64,000 nucleotides of DNA from Paraphysomonas bandaiensis (Eukaryota > Protista > Chrysophyceae), in NCBI GenBank assembly GCA_965644295.1, contig CBFFRP010000208.1:62001-126000 (forward strand). The letters run 5' to 3'. The position numbers and the translations under genes are program-made. Each line of letters starts with the position of its first letter. The first letter of the stretch is position 1. Of this stretch, positions 12,997 to 26,590 are shown one piece after another. Under the pieces are notes generated by a model. The model was not told the DNA's origin, made no database searches, and was given only the letters and a program-made list of their open reading frames with translations.

Positions 12997-15900
12997 ATGA
13001 GCGTTCCGTCATTCATATACTCCGGAGTGAACGACAACATCAAGAGATTAAACGATGAGTTAGACGGGCTTGGAGGGGGCGATGCGCGTATAGCAAAGTT
13101 GGAACTGAACTGTGTAATCGATGATCGCATCGAGCAGAGAGAGGGTCAGGTGCTCTGGCCTCTGGGCAGATCTGTCGGACTGAGAGATCCAAAGTTTCCA
13201 AGAAATCAGCCGATAGCGGATTCAATGAAATATTTTCATGTGTCTTCGGCGTGTCGAGTTTCTGCTGCAACAAAAGAGAACAGTATTCATCTTGGGAAGA
13301 ATAGGTGATATGCAGATTGTGTGTTTCGGGCTTGTTTATGATGCATTACAGGCAAATATCACAATGGCTGCTAGATGGCTTCAACGCAACTGTTATAGCA
13401 TACGGGGAGCAGGGTTGTGGGAAAACAAGTTCGTTATTTGGTATGGAAAACGGCTCACGAAACGAGGGATTTGTATTTGAAGTACTTCGCCACGTGTTCG
13501 AGTCAGCTGCCGAGGAAAGGGGCGCACTGACAATTGGCCTTTCTGTTTGGGCCCTGCGTGGCGATGAAATCATAGAGTATGTAGATATACCTTGAACACA
13601 CACAGTTGTCTAAGTGTGTGCAGTCTATGTGCCCGTCGTAGGAGTGATGAGGGGGTTGGGAAGGGAAAGAACTGGCTGGAATTCGCAACAGTGGAATGTC
13701 CGTCGTTGGAGGTTGCTATGAAGGTGTTACAAGTGGCAAGGGATCGCTGTAGTGGAGGTGAACGGGATAGAGATAAAGCACATTTATTTCTTAGGTACAT
13801 TAATGTCGTTTCCAAGTTGGGGTTGGCTAATTTGATGAGCAACAGGGTACTCCTACACCGGGCCCACGGATCATCAGATGACCGATTGCTTGGCTCAATA
13901 AGCCACTTACATGTTGTAGATTTGATTGGTATGCACTAAGCAAAAGAATCTTTGTGCTATGTGTGTTATGTTTTCTATAGAATCTTCTCCAACGGATACT
14001 ATTGAGCACAGACGACTAGAGGTAATATTTCTTGCTTTGTTTCCCTACGTAGGAAGTGATGTTCCTGTGTAGGAAGTGGACCGAATAGCACGTAGAGATG
14101 CTGCACTCCAACTGTCAGCCCTACGTAAGGTTATGACAGAGGTGCGTGACGCTTCAAGGGCTGCAGAAGGAACACGAGGGGGAAAACATCATGAGCCTCA
14201 AACGCGCATGACATCCGCCCGGGACTCACGACTGACATTGCTTTTAGGTAAATATTGCCCATACATCGAAAATCAGTTCTAACCGAGCCTCTCTTATTTC
14301 AGCTCCATTAATCCAGGGTAACACTAAGACGTGGGTCTTTCTTCACCTACGTGATGGGGAGAAGCACTACGATGCCTCATTGAATTCTCTCGCGGCATTT
14401 GAGGTACCGCGAGTGCGCAATAGCACGATGTAATTGGCTCACCACTATGTAGGGTACACCTGATATCACCTCAGCCTGTCACCGAGTTCGAGATATACCG
14501 CTGAGATCCCTCGATCTCTCGCACCCTGACACCATGTTGCCGCCGAAATATGACAGGCGCCCTCAATGGGTAGAACGCACACACTCTTCACCTTCTAGAC
14601 ATCATTCACGCACTGCGGAGACTTTCAGTCGAGAGTCAAGCCCTAGTCCCGTTCCCTTTGATGGTACCAATCACGATACAAAGGAGGAAGATGTACCTCG
14701 GGAGGTGGAGAGAAAAAGTTCCGATTCTGGTGTTGCGCTCAGTAGCGAGGGATTCGATGACCTGATGAAAGAGTTCAACTCACTTATGGCACAGGTTGTG
14801 ATGGCTATTAGAGTAATACACAAATTTTATTTCTTTTTCGTAGCTCTCTAAGGGTAGCACTCACACCGATAGAGATGATCGTCGAGAACGATATAGTGAT
14901 GAAAGAAAGGATTTTCTGCAATCCCAACCTAGCGGTTTGAAATTTCACCAGCAGCAGGACCATGGAATAAGTGTTCAGGCACGCCCGGGTCGGTATAGTA
15001 GTACAGGCGATGGTGACGACAGCGACGACCAGGGTGAGGATGGCCACGAGGGATCAAGTTATTATGACATGTGGAGAAATTCTTCTAGTCGTTTTGAAAC
15101 AGGAACTTCTAAAGCTGCGGTTACTTCGATGGAATTTTACGATGACATAGAGGACAGCGGAGAAGATGCAGGTTGCGATGATGATAGCTTGGAAGAGGAC
15201 GGATCTGGAAAAGATGGTGAAAATGGTGAGGGATCAAGTAGAACACTAGGTGAAGGAAGGGATGGGGGGCATATGCACGACTATGACAAATATGAAGATC
15301 CGCAAGCATTTTCTGAGGCCTCAATGGGGAGAAAGGATGATGTGGAAGAGAACATGGACAATGTCTTCGCTGATAGTGATCACAATGATATTCATGATGG
15401 GCAGGATGAATGGTTCCAAGGGCACCTTCGTGAAGAGGGTCAGAGTGGGGGGCACGATGACTTTGGAACATCGGCGGCAACAGGAGATAAAATGGAGCAT
15501 GTGGCAGAATCTTTGATGCTCGCACTGCAGGCAGAAAAAGAAGCTAGTGGTCGACTAGAAGAGAAGATTCGCCACCTGGAGGTGTGCATTAGATTTCTCG
15601 CTTACTGTCTTCCTAATTTTAACGTTCAGGAGGAATTGATGGAGGCTAACACTGCCACGGCTGTGCAAGCAGAGGGCCACAAGGTTAACTTGCACTGTTG
15701 CTCTGATTAGCACTCTGAATGATAGTATCTTTTATTCAGGTTGAGGTATTGCGGCTCAAAGGTGTTATTAGGCAAATGGCCAGTGAGTACTCTCATGATG
15801 ATCTTCTTGATTCATTTGAAGAGGATTTAGCGAGGTAAGAATACGTCATACATATACAGTTAGAAGTACTGAAGGAAAAGTAGACTTCAGAAGGAGAATA

Positions 15901-17296
15901 AAGCACTACAGCGTAGTAATGTTGCGCTTGAAGTTGCACTGGCGGGTGAGGGAAGCGCGGGTGTATTTATTGGGGAAGACCCAGGTGTAACTTGGACCGC
16001 AGCTGAAGGGATGACGTCAGGTATGTTGCATCCCCATATTCACATTCAAATGTGAGCTCTTATATTGTTTAGCAAATGGTAAAACCACCATTAGTATTAA
16101 GGAGTACAGAGTCCTTCGTATGAAACTTAAGCAGTTGGAGCGTAACTACGCTGAAATGGCTGAGAGATATGAGGACCTACGACGAAAGGAGCGTCGATTT
16201 ATATTGTCAGTAAAGCATCAGGAAGACAGCTCTCGCCGTCTCAAAGCACAGCACCATCAGATAGAAACACTGCGGGAAGAGTTGGAGGGTGAGATGGAGG
16301 AACGCTGTAGGGCCGAGAGAGATAGAGATCTACTGAAGGAGGAGGTAGCGGCGCTGCAGAATTCTGAGAGATCCATGCGGGAAGAACGATCTCGAATTTT
16401 GTCGGTATGATTTTGTTTCTTTGTATTGTGTATTGCAACCCTTATTGTGTTGAAACATACAGGAGCTAGCATTGTGCAGGCAACGTGTGCGAGAGATGGA
16501 CCGATGGCGCAGAGATCAGGCAACTGTGGATAGGTATGAATGTTATATTATCGCGTGCATGCAGAGTGTTCACCATTTTGTTATCGAACAGGTTTGTACA
16601 GAAGCATGCTGGAATACGGAACTCCCAGAGGGCATCCATGAGTCAATGTGAAGGGAAGGAGTGGCAGGAAGACGAGGGACATGATGTCGACGACTCTGTC
16701 TCTTATGTATCTCAGTATCTAAAGACCCCTACCTCTGAAAAGAAAAAGCGGGGGTTGACTGAGAAACAAAAACAGATGTACGATAATCTGAGTCGTGGAT
16801 TAAGGGGTGATGGTGGCGCACGCTCTGGTCCTCCGGATGCAATCAGTGGAGTGGCAGGATTATCCGACAGTGTGGTGCGTGACCTATTAGATATGATGTC
16901 GAATTATCACGCATGTTTCTGTAGTATGTTCGCGAGGAGGAGGCTGAACCAATGAGTTTGGCACTCGAGAAAAGTCTCTTATCGCTCCACGACTCAATTG
17001 CATTGACTGCTCCATCTCTGCTACCACTTGTCAATAAACTTGGGGCCGAGGTGAGAAATGAACGCACGGCTTCACTTAGGCAGAAATCTGAATTGCTAGC
17101 AAAGTACTCCAATGGAAGAAGTCAACTACATGAAACCTCGCGATCTGTGATTCATCCGTCTACCCCGCGCTCTGTGACAAGAACATCTTTTCGAACCCAA
17201 GCAAGTAGATCTGAGGGCGATCCTGGTTCTGCTAATTCACGTGGAACAACAAAAATGGCTTTCTTTAGAAGAGAAGACGATAAACGCGAACTTTGA
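12997..17296 (+). CDS. Divergent kinesin-like protein: N-terminal motor domain, acidic region, coiled coil; many exons
   Basis: LDGFNATVIAYGEQGCGKT (P-loop), HLHVVDLI and RDSRLTLLL..GNTKT; C-terminal heptad-rich exons. Confidence 0.8.
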
Positions 17297-17631
17297 ATCG
17301 ACGTGGCATGTATAGATATTAGCTTGCTTAATGAATTTAGTAATCTTGAGGTAACTTAAAATATAAATATGAGGAATACATGATTATTAATTTACGGTAT
17401 TTAAACGTCAAAATCTGTTCATGTTCTGCTCAAAACTCTACTGTGATAATTAAAGCCTGAATTCGAATAGGTTTTAAAATTCTTATTAATAGTTAATCAC
17501 GACAGTGGTTTAGAATGACTTATCCAACCTTATTTATTAGTTATTATTACTACTTCTTTTGTTAATTACAACCTACTCCGAAGAACGTACACATACCATA
17601 CTGATATTTATCACTAGTAGCCATTCTGTGT

Positions 17632-18336
17632 TGCTGGACGCTGAACACACCGGATGACCTTCATATCGCACTCCTGTCCAGCTATACACTCTCTTGCATG
17701 TGCTCTCTACCTCTGGCTAAGACAGCAAAAGAGTTGATTTCGACGCTTCTTCACAGTAGGCCAAAACCTTTTGCAAGACCTTCATCCACATACCTCCGAG
17801 CTCGGAGCCACTTGTGGCACAGTGCCTAAAGGAAGGCCACCAGATCGCCAATCTCAGCAGGGTATAGTACTGCTTCCCCTGGTTGCCGTGAGGTACATAA
17901 GGCAGTCGGCAGTCCCCGATGCAAATTGCACACAATGTATGTGTAGTCTTAAGCGTTCCAGTGTTGTAGTAGTAGACTTAGATCATGGCTTTCACTTGTC
18001 ATGCTGTACGTTGCACAACGTGTCCCCTACATACACATCTATCATAGAGCGAGTGGAGTCTCATCCTAAGAGGAGACCTCCAGATCACACGCGTCGGTGA
18101 GTCCCAGGACACACGATCATGGCGAGCCTCATAACACACGCAAAGAACGGAAGTGGTCGCACCTTGGTGCTTGTGGAGACGCACAAGCAGCTTCTGTAGC
18201 GTTAAATAGTAGGATAAAAGAGTTTGTATTGATTAGTTAAGGGTAGAGGTCTAAATAGTTTGTCTAGCATTCTTCTAGCTACTAATTGATGCGCAGGCTT
18301 TCAACGCCTATTGCTAAATAATTAGACATTCAATAT
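17632..18336 (+). mobile_element. 5'-truncated, decayed RTE-like LINE (ORF C-terminus plus 3' UTR, tail type 2)
   Basis: Perfect 15-bp TSD GTAGCCATTCTGTGT at 17617-17631 and 18337-18351; frameshifted translation CWTL..Y, LVAQCLK, WLP*GT*GSRQSP resembles the RTE ORF end; 18148-18336 matches 55650-55855. Confidence 0.75.
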
Positions 18337-18554
18337 GTAGCCATTCTGTGTAACAAAGAAATACAGAATTTACAAGACTACAATTGCTGTAATAGTAATA
18401 AAACACGCCAAGTAATGAAAATCTGAAAATACAATCGCTGTTAAAGAAATGACTTGTAGAGAAAAGTACTGGTGTTGGTGATTGATGTGTAGCTACAATC
18501 ACACTACAACAACACAACTTTACTATCTCTCTCCTACTATATATAATTCGTACA

Positions 18555-19280
18555 ATGATAATTTAAATTATTATTGGTAATTGTTGCCAATTAATTGGCT
18601 GGCTAAATTATATATAGAATCTTAAGATGTATAGCTACTGATCATAGATACAAACCCACTACCAGAAGTTTGGATGTATGCGCACACAGGCATGTTATGA
18701 TTTTATTAATCATAATTGTGTGTGGCAGTCAGTATAAGGGTTAGTATACACGTTAACCTCGGCACGCAAGAGAGTAATATAGCATGTCAAATATCGTTGG
18801 CAAAGAACAAAAACTGAGCACCTCAACAACGACCCTCTAGATACATAGCATATAAAAGAAGGTGACTGCAGATATTCAACTGCTTCGACTAGGGATAGGG
18901 TTAGACACCTTGACACGAGGCGATTAATTGGCAATAATTGCCGATTAATTGCATTGCTTGATTAATAATTATTATTATTGTTGGTCATCTGTCACCAATT
19001 AATTGCCAAGTAATTGTTAAACAAGCCTGGATAGCAGTTACCAGGCCATGATAGACACATATAGCCTATGTTCTTGGCAAATCTATGGCACCTCATCGAG
19101 TAGACGCCGTTATGTTCTTGCGCTTTAATAGATTTCTGTGGAATTCAATTACTGTTGAAGGTGCTATACGTGCTTGTAATGAGTAACTAAGTTCATTAGA
19201 CAATAATTGGCACAATTAAATTGCAATTATAATTGCGCGAGCTATGACTAATAATTGCAATTAATTGTTTCGCAGCCCTG
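18555..19280. mobile_element. Degenerate hAT-like remnants with two right-end-like termini
   Basis: Similar to 3040-3410; termini TAATTGTTAAACAAGCCTG (19029) and TAATTGTTTCGCAGCCCTG (19280). Confidence 0.5.
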
Positions 19281-19589
19281 TAGATAGGTAAATTGTAACA
19301 CTGACTCCACTTTCTACTACACAATAAGATTTTTACGTATATGATAAAATATTTCCCATATCACAGGCCATGAAGATTTTACGAACAACCCACAACACAT
19401 TTCATTGAGGTATGAGATAACTACTTGATACTTAATTGTTCCAGCGAGCCTAAAAGAGAGAACCGCAAAAGTTGTCACATCCTCTGTTATCAAGTACACC
19501 GTTTTCTAACAGTCCAACTGGTTATCCTTACAATATTCAAATTAACATACTGCAGCTATTATAAAAACCACTTTCCAATTGGAACATGT

Positions 19590-20745
19590 CTAATTTCCAC
19601 CAGCAAGCTGTGCTGTTACTCGGTCGTAAGCACTCTCAAAGTTAGTGAGGCCCTGTAGCAGAGGATGCTCTGGGGCCTTGTTACGTAGTTGGCTGAAATA
19701 CCACTATAAGGAAGCGCAGTGATTGGTAATAGAATTTACCTGACAAATCGAGCGATGACTTCAGGGGGCTTGTCGAGGTGATAAGATACCGTGATAATGT
19801 TGGCAAGACAATCCGCATTGGAGGGATCTTTGTTAAGAGCCTCCTGTAGATGAGTCTCTGCCTCGTCAAACAGACCTTGGTGCATCTTGGAGACTGCAAG
19901 CCCTGTCATTAGCATCACAGATGCACCATACTTCTCTGATAGATCTTCATAAATGTTGGCGGCCTCGGCCATCCCCTTCGCCCCACCCTGCGACACAAAA
20001 ATCAATAACTCACATACTCCCAAATCGAAGTGCTCACCGTACGCATGCTGACCCAAGCTGTTGCCAGCTGTGTAAGAGCACTGTCCTCGTCCACGGATTT
20101 CATCAAAGCAAGTCTTTGTTGCGCCAGATCAGGCCGGTCCATCCTCAGGAGCAGTTGGACAGCATATGCAGACCTACAATACGCTTCATGAAAAATATCA
20201 AACATATCGAGTAGCACTTACAACTCGAGAGTAGATTGCCCTTCAGTGGCAATCAGAGCGTCTTTAATATTGTCCCCGTGTACGTGTACAGTGGCAAGCA
20301 CAAGATAGTAAATCGTGGCCTGACTAGTTTTTGACGCCTCGTCTGCAAGTGCTTCCAGATTAGACAGCACCACCTCATATGATGATTTCTTCGACAGATA
20401 TAACGCCAGTTGACGAATTGCCCGTAAAGCTACCCCCCATATGTATATATATTAGCACACATCACACAGCAACTCATTCCCCACTCACCTAGAGGGGTGC
20501 TGGGTGTGTCCTGTATCTCACCAATCACGATATCGTACTGACCGAGAGCGAGATATGAACGATACACGAACTCGTCTCGAATGGGATTTAAATGCTTCGC
20601 CAGCCGATGCAAACTGTTCGACTCATTGATCGCAAGCTACACGCGGCTCATGACGACACGCATATACACACATACACACACACACCTGATAGTTGCCTAA
20701 CCAAAACAAGTTCCTCATTGTGTACAATTCATCTGGCTCTGTCAT
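19590..20745 (-). CDS. COPE: Coatomer subunit epsilon
   Basis: PDELYTMRNLFWLGNYQ, YRSYLALGQY, VQLLLRMDRPDLA..DEDSALTQLATAWV, TPR-like segment and C-terminal APEHP. Confidence 0.93.
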
Positions 20746-20849
20746 AGTTCCGCCTGTGTGGTTATGGGGAAGTGATGCCGCGGTGTGATTGTGCAGCAGG
20801 CCGGCTATTATACACACATACAAAGCTATGACAATACCCAACACCCTGC

Positions 20850-21061
20850 TATGTATGTATGTATGTATGTATGTATGTATGTATGTATGTATGTATGTAT
20901 GTATGTATGTATGTATGTATGTATGTATGTATGTATGTATGTATGTATGTATGTATGTATGTATGTATGTATGTATGTATGTATGTATGTATGTATGTAT
21001 GTATGTATGTATGTATGTATGTATGTATGTATGTTGGTATGTATGTATGTATGTATGTATG
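20850..21061. repeat. (TATG)n microsatellite, ~52 units, one interruption
   Basis: Directly visible; lies between the COPE and NUP107 start codons. Confidence 0.99.
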
Positions 21062-21300
21062 CGGTATATGCTCTGTATTCTATGGCAATGGTAGTAGTGC
21101 GGCATGGTACTTGCTTGGAGCTTGTCTTTTTTCTTATTGTTTTTATCGTTAATGGTTAGGTGCATTTCTTTCAGGTACTCTGCAAACATATACTCGTCCG
21201 CTGCAAGTCCTCGTGAATTAACACTCCATCACAGTCTCTGCCACCCCTCTGATTGGCCGGTAATAGAGGCATCAGATGTCTATCTTAAGAGACGCCGATA

Positions 21301-24300
21301 ATGCCGAGCGACGCGGAGAGGAAGCGTTGCGTAAATTTCAATCTTTTCTCGGCTCAGACGAAGCAGACGAGTCATTCATACCGTCCGGAAGGCTCTTTGG
21401 TGTATCGCCGTATCATGTCCGGGCAGCGGGGTGAGTGCTGATATGTTATTATGACTATTAGTAAAGGCTTTCACGTGTGCTGACTCGTACACACAGGTCG
21501 GAGAGGCGTAGATCGGATTTACCGTATAATTCTATGCTAGTGCCGACCGATACTTCCCTTCCGCTTTCCCTCTCTGCTCTCGGAGATGATGGACAGCCGA
21601 TGGACCCGATGCACCTTTTATACAATCAATACTCCTACATACGGCCTCCTGCTAAGTCGGAGGAGTCCACATTCTACCAACATATTGAGGTATTATTTGA
21701 TATTAATATCTTCTAGTGAAGAATTTAACGTTTTAATGGCGGTTAGGATACGATGGAGGAGGTATCAGGAGCCGTTACTGGAGTGCCCCTAGACGCAGAG
21801 GCGCAGGTCTTACTCGCGGAAACATATGCGATGGTACACTTTTCTCGCTATGTTGATTTGTTAATAACTGGGGTATCTAGGACGCTGCACAGCGACATGA
21901 TGAGGCCCTTAGAAATCTGAATCGTGCTCGAGAAGCTTCAAAATCTAGGGGCAGGGGGGCGGTAGCACTACTTCAGGCTGAAGCACACGATGCACGCACT
22001 GAGAGAGATTTATGGAGTCTTCTGGCCATACTGATGAGGTAAACTCTTGGTATGGATGTGCATCTACCAATGTGTATACGTTTCTTTTCTACGTCGTTGT
22101 AGCTATCTGAATATCAGTTTGTGTCAACACATGCGTTGTAGGTCGGGCCTACTGAAGAACATTGATGATGACAACTGTCAGTCCTCCCTTTGTTCAGCCA
22201 TTGAGTCTATTGCTCCTAGTGCCCCTTTGCGGCGTGTGGTAGATCTGTGTTTAGAAACTGATGACCGTATAAAGAAGGGCCGCGTTTTGAAAGACTGGTT
22301 GGAAAACGGAGCGGTCGACCTGGTGAATGAACCACCCCTTCCAAGAAACCCAATGCCTTGGTTAGTCACACTTGGCGGAATCCTGAATGATGAGAATGGC
22401 TTAAATACGCTGCACCCAGATGTACAGTTGGGTCCGGGAGGTGTGATGCAACCACTTGCCGGGGAAGACGTGGCTGACCAGGAGACGGTAATGAAAGTAG
22501 TGTGGCAGTACATACGTAGTGGACAACTGGTAAGAGCCCAGGAGGTGGCGAAGGAACACGGGTGGTTCTGGCTGTCGGGATGTCTATTGGGCGCCGCAGA
22601 AGAGTACTCGACGGTAGAGGGGGAGAACATACGCACAAAAGGGAACAAAAGGCGGGCACTATGGATGCAGACTTGCTGGCGGTACTCCTCCATGATAGAC
22701 GAAGTCCCTGTTAGTAAGAAACAACAACTTGACTTACCAGCTCTTGAGTCTGCGGTCTACTCTGCTCTTAGTGGTAATCTGCGTACCCTAAATAGATCTC
22801 GCCTCCTGGTGTCTTGGTCAGATAGACTATGGGCCACTGTAAAATGTTGTCACGAGCGTCAGCTTGCGGAGGTAGTACATGGGTTTCACCAGAAAAGGGC
22901 AGATCACAGCGCACTCTACCGCGGGTGTGATAAATCTACACTTGAAGCCGAGGATCAGTTGCTATCGTATACCAATGATCTACGCGGCGCTATTGACGGG
23001 TCTTGCGACGGCCTTTTCAAACTCATGCCACCCCCGTCTGCAGATTGTGGTAGTGAGGCTACTGTACTCTTTCTAGAACTGCAGGTTGCCCTCATTAGAG
23101 GAGTGGATGCACTCAGGGCTCACATTCAGGCGACTGTTTCACGCCTGGTTCGAAAGGAGGAAGGGGGAGAGGACTCTCTGTTTTCAAATGTGCGATGCCG
23201 AATTCTTCGGGTCTATACCCACCTCCTTTTATGGCTACATTTCTCGTGTTTCGAAAACTCCGTGTTGCGTGATATTGCCCCGAATAAAGTGCTACACAGT
23301 GTTGTGGAGGCCTACATTGAACACCTCATTCACAGACGACAGTATTCTTTAGTAGCGTTATATGCATCATTCCTCAGTCGGCCACGCCGAGTGGCCAAAT
23401 ATGCTTCCATGATGCGACAGATATCACCAGTAGCAGCTCAAGGCCAGACAATGGAAGACTCAATCAAGCCGTATGATTCTTACACTGCGGATCAGAGCCG
23501 TGTGGATGATTCTGCAACTGCTTCGGAGGTGCTTCAGTTGGCCCAGAAGTTTTTCCAACGAGAAGAGGTGCTAGAAATAGCAAAGGAGGTAGTTGAGGAA
23601 GCTAGGAAGGGAGATTCTGAGGGCACAGTTGCTGCAGATCTAGACACTACCATCGCTCTGTCTCCGGTACGCAGCCACCTGCACCAGCTTCACACACCTG
23701 GCACACTCCACACACACACACATCGTAGAATAGAGACACCTGCGACACACGGTTTTACCGAGACACCCGGACGAGGACATGGAATTGAGGAGCGCTCCCT
23801 TGTGGTGTCTAACACTGTTGATGATACACCAGATTCCAGACGAATGGAGAGTCTAAAGTGGTTGTGCTTTAGCAATTATCATAGAGTGGCTGTCATTGAG
23901 GCTAACGCCTTTATGCGATCACTGATGCTAGAAAGTGATGGAGAAAAGACACGCCAGGTTCATACGCTACTGTGGGATATTCTGCCTGAGGGGTGTCTTG
24001 AGGAGGGTGAAAGACAGCACGATATTCGTATGAGTCAAATGTATGAATCTCCTGATAGGGACGATCGTTTAATCTCAGCAGAGATTGACATGTGGGACGC
24101 TGCAGCGTCGCAGATGTGTTTCTGGAGAGGGTTTGATGTTGCCGTCGATCGTCATATGCGTTGGATGAGAGCAATATCTCAGTTTTATGAAACTACCTCT
24201 TCTATGATTGGTGATTCTAGTGTTTCGCAATTAAAGGGCTACGGATATGACATCGAAAGAGCCGCTAAAGTAGCTTTGGACGGTATTAGAAATACTCTGC

Positions 24301-25209
24301 TCTGTTACCCTGAGGAAAGAGCCTCTGAAGCAGTAAAGTCTATGTCTGCCCTCGGTTATCAAGATGTGTGGTGCCGTGCCATCAAATCTGTTTGCGGGAG
24401 TATTCTTGGTATGTATTGTTTGTTTGAGTACTACATTTGCTAATATGTATTGCCAGTTGAACTCGAGCAGCTCTTAGCAACAGACGTCGAAGAATCCGAC
24501 GATGATATTAGTGCCCAAGAATGTAAGACTTTATTGAATGAGGTGACTGCTATGAGCGCAGAGCTGGAGGCGCCTGTGGGTTCGTGTCATGCCACTGAGA
24601 GTGTTTCTTGTTTGCGAGATGCTGACTGCGCCACAATCGCGACATCTTCACTCTTCGACTACCCGCAGAAAATTCAATATGCATTGGAGCTCCTACAGGC
24701 AATATGTCATAAATTTTGTTTCACAAGGGTGTACTACGATGCACTTGTGAAGACCCGGGATGCAATCAGCTGTGTATTGGAGAATAGGAAGGTTGTAGCA
24801 TGAATGCTATACGATACTTTTTAAGTCTTTATTTGCAGACCATGTACCTGCTTTCTGCACAGTTACTTACTACCTACATAAAGGTATAGTCTTGTGGTAA
24901 ACTATGTATCGTGCTGACCCTTTTCTAGGTGTGCACGGAGACCGCTGAGGTAATGGAGACGCTACAATGCAAGGAGCAGGCGCTTGATTGGTATCAGCGT
25001 GCCGTCCAGCTCGCTGATTTTATAGCAGAAGATGAACATCCCCATTTACAGCTTTACAAGTCTCTAAAAGGGTAGGTGATATGGTTTTCGTAGTAAGTAT
25101 TTAATTCCATCGCAGTGCTGATATTAAAGCAATTCTGGGGGCTATCCATCATGCTGCTATGGAGATACTTCGGTTAAATTCGTCCCGAGGATTTAGTATA
25201 GACGTGTAG
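21301..25209 (+). CDS. NUP107: Nuclear pore complex protein Nup107/Nup84
   Basis: LKDWLE, LHPD, VWQYIRSGQLVRAQEVAKEHGWFW, LWMQTCW, ESAVYSALSGNL, SWSDRLWA and LVALYASFL; start and last exons inferred. Confidence 0.88.
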
Positions 25210-25665
25210 GCGCCTAGCGCCCCGCAAATTCGGCATTACTCACGGCGCATTGCTTTCGAGTGTTCACAGTATTATGGACTCGAATGAGTTGCCTTTTCAT
25301 ACTGCTATAATAATCAATTATTCTCTACGAAAGTATATTTTTGAACTGTAATATAAAGAGCGAAGTATGCGGCGACTTAACGTAGCACTACAACGGGTAT
25401 TTGCTTATACTTAATGTAGGCTACGAAATATAAGGTGGAACTTGGTTATCTACACCATCAGTTGTATGTTTAGTAAACAAATGAATATATTATTACCAGA
25501 TACTTATGAATTCTCATGTATTGTTGATTGTTGTATATAAGCAAATCTTAAGCTCGTCACAACGGAAAATTAAGATTCATTACTTGACGTAATAATATTC
25601 AATGAGATATAAGCTTCGTATTGTAATTTTAAAAAACAAAAACTTCACAGAAAGAATATGTTAAT

Positions 25666-25967
25666 ATAAGTGTCGCTTGTGTGGACGTCTTCGGGCCTTG
25701 GCGAATAAACAAGCATCCGGAATAGAGGGCCCACCCGACAGGTAGCCCGATATTGAACTGCCTGCTGAAGTCAAGCATGTGATGACCAAACCTGGTAGAA
25801 CGGTCTAAAATCTATTAGAGCGAAAGTGGTTGCACCTTGGTGCTTGCAGTCATGCAGAAGCATCTTTTGTAGCGCTAACTAGTAGGATGTCAGAGTTAAG
25901 CACTAGTTAGTTGAACTGCAATGCTAAATTAGCTCTGACTCTCGAACGCCTATTTTGCTAATTCACT
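25666..25967 (+). mobile_element. Retroposon family A, 5'-truncated copy (body plus tail type 1)
   Basis: ATAAGTGTCGCTTGTGTGGACGTC..GCATCCGG..CTGCCTGCTGAAGTCAAGCAT..GAGCGAAAGTGGTTGCACCTTGGTGC..TTCACT. Confidence 0.8.
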
Positions 25968-26590
25968 ACCATATTGTTGTATTTACGTGTGTATTACATA
26001 ATATATTAAGGGCTGTACGTGAATTTTAGTGATACTACAAGTTTTTAAAATTATAAACTATATGCGAAAAGAGTATGAAACGACAGTTGGGTAAGCTATG
26101 TTGGCTGTTGGCAGCTAATGTATAGATGTTTAGCTACTTGAGTATCAGTTAATTAGGACAGCAAATAATAATTGCAATTATTATAATAGACGATTTGAAA
26201 GCGATATTTATGTACATTTCAATTACGATAATTTTGAAGTTGAGCTTAAACGAGCACAAAGTATCTGTTGTGGTACCCTGTAAACTGGTCAAAATGAGGC
26301 TAATATACTATGGCTTTCCATAAAAGAATGCATTCAGTATTCAGTATATTTAGCTCTATTGAATTATATATTGACAATTGACCATTTTCAGGTGATTAAG
26401 ATCGTTGTAAGAGAAGTTTAAGTTAGTCAAACTAGATAGATTACTTTATTATAATTGTATACACAATTGTGTGTGTTGTCATGTAACACATGTCAACAAC
26501 ATCATAAATTATTTCGTTCATGTCAACCACTGCTCAACTTCCGTATCTTGAATCGTCATGATATAATACTTCAGTTTCACAGTTATAGCT

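Noticed and set aside
20623-21189. ORFs with HTYI / MYVC repeats
   Set aside because: Translations of the (TATG)n microsatellite; only the MTEPDELY exon of COPE is real.
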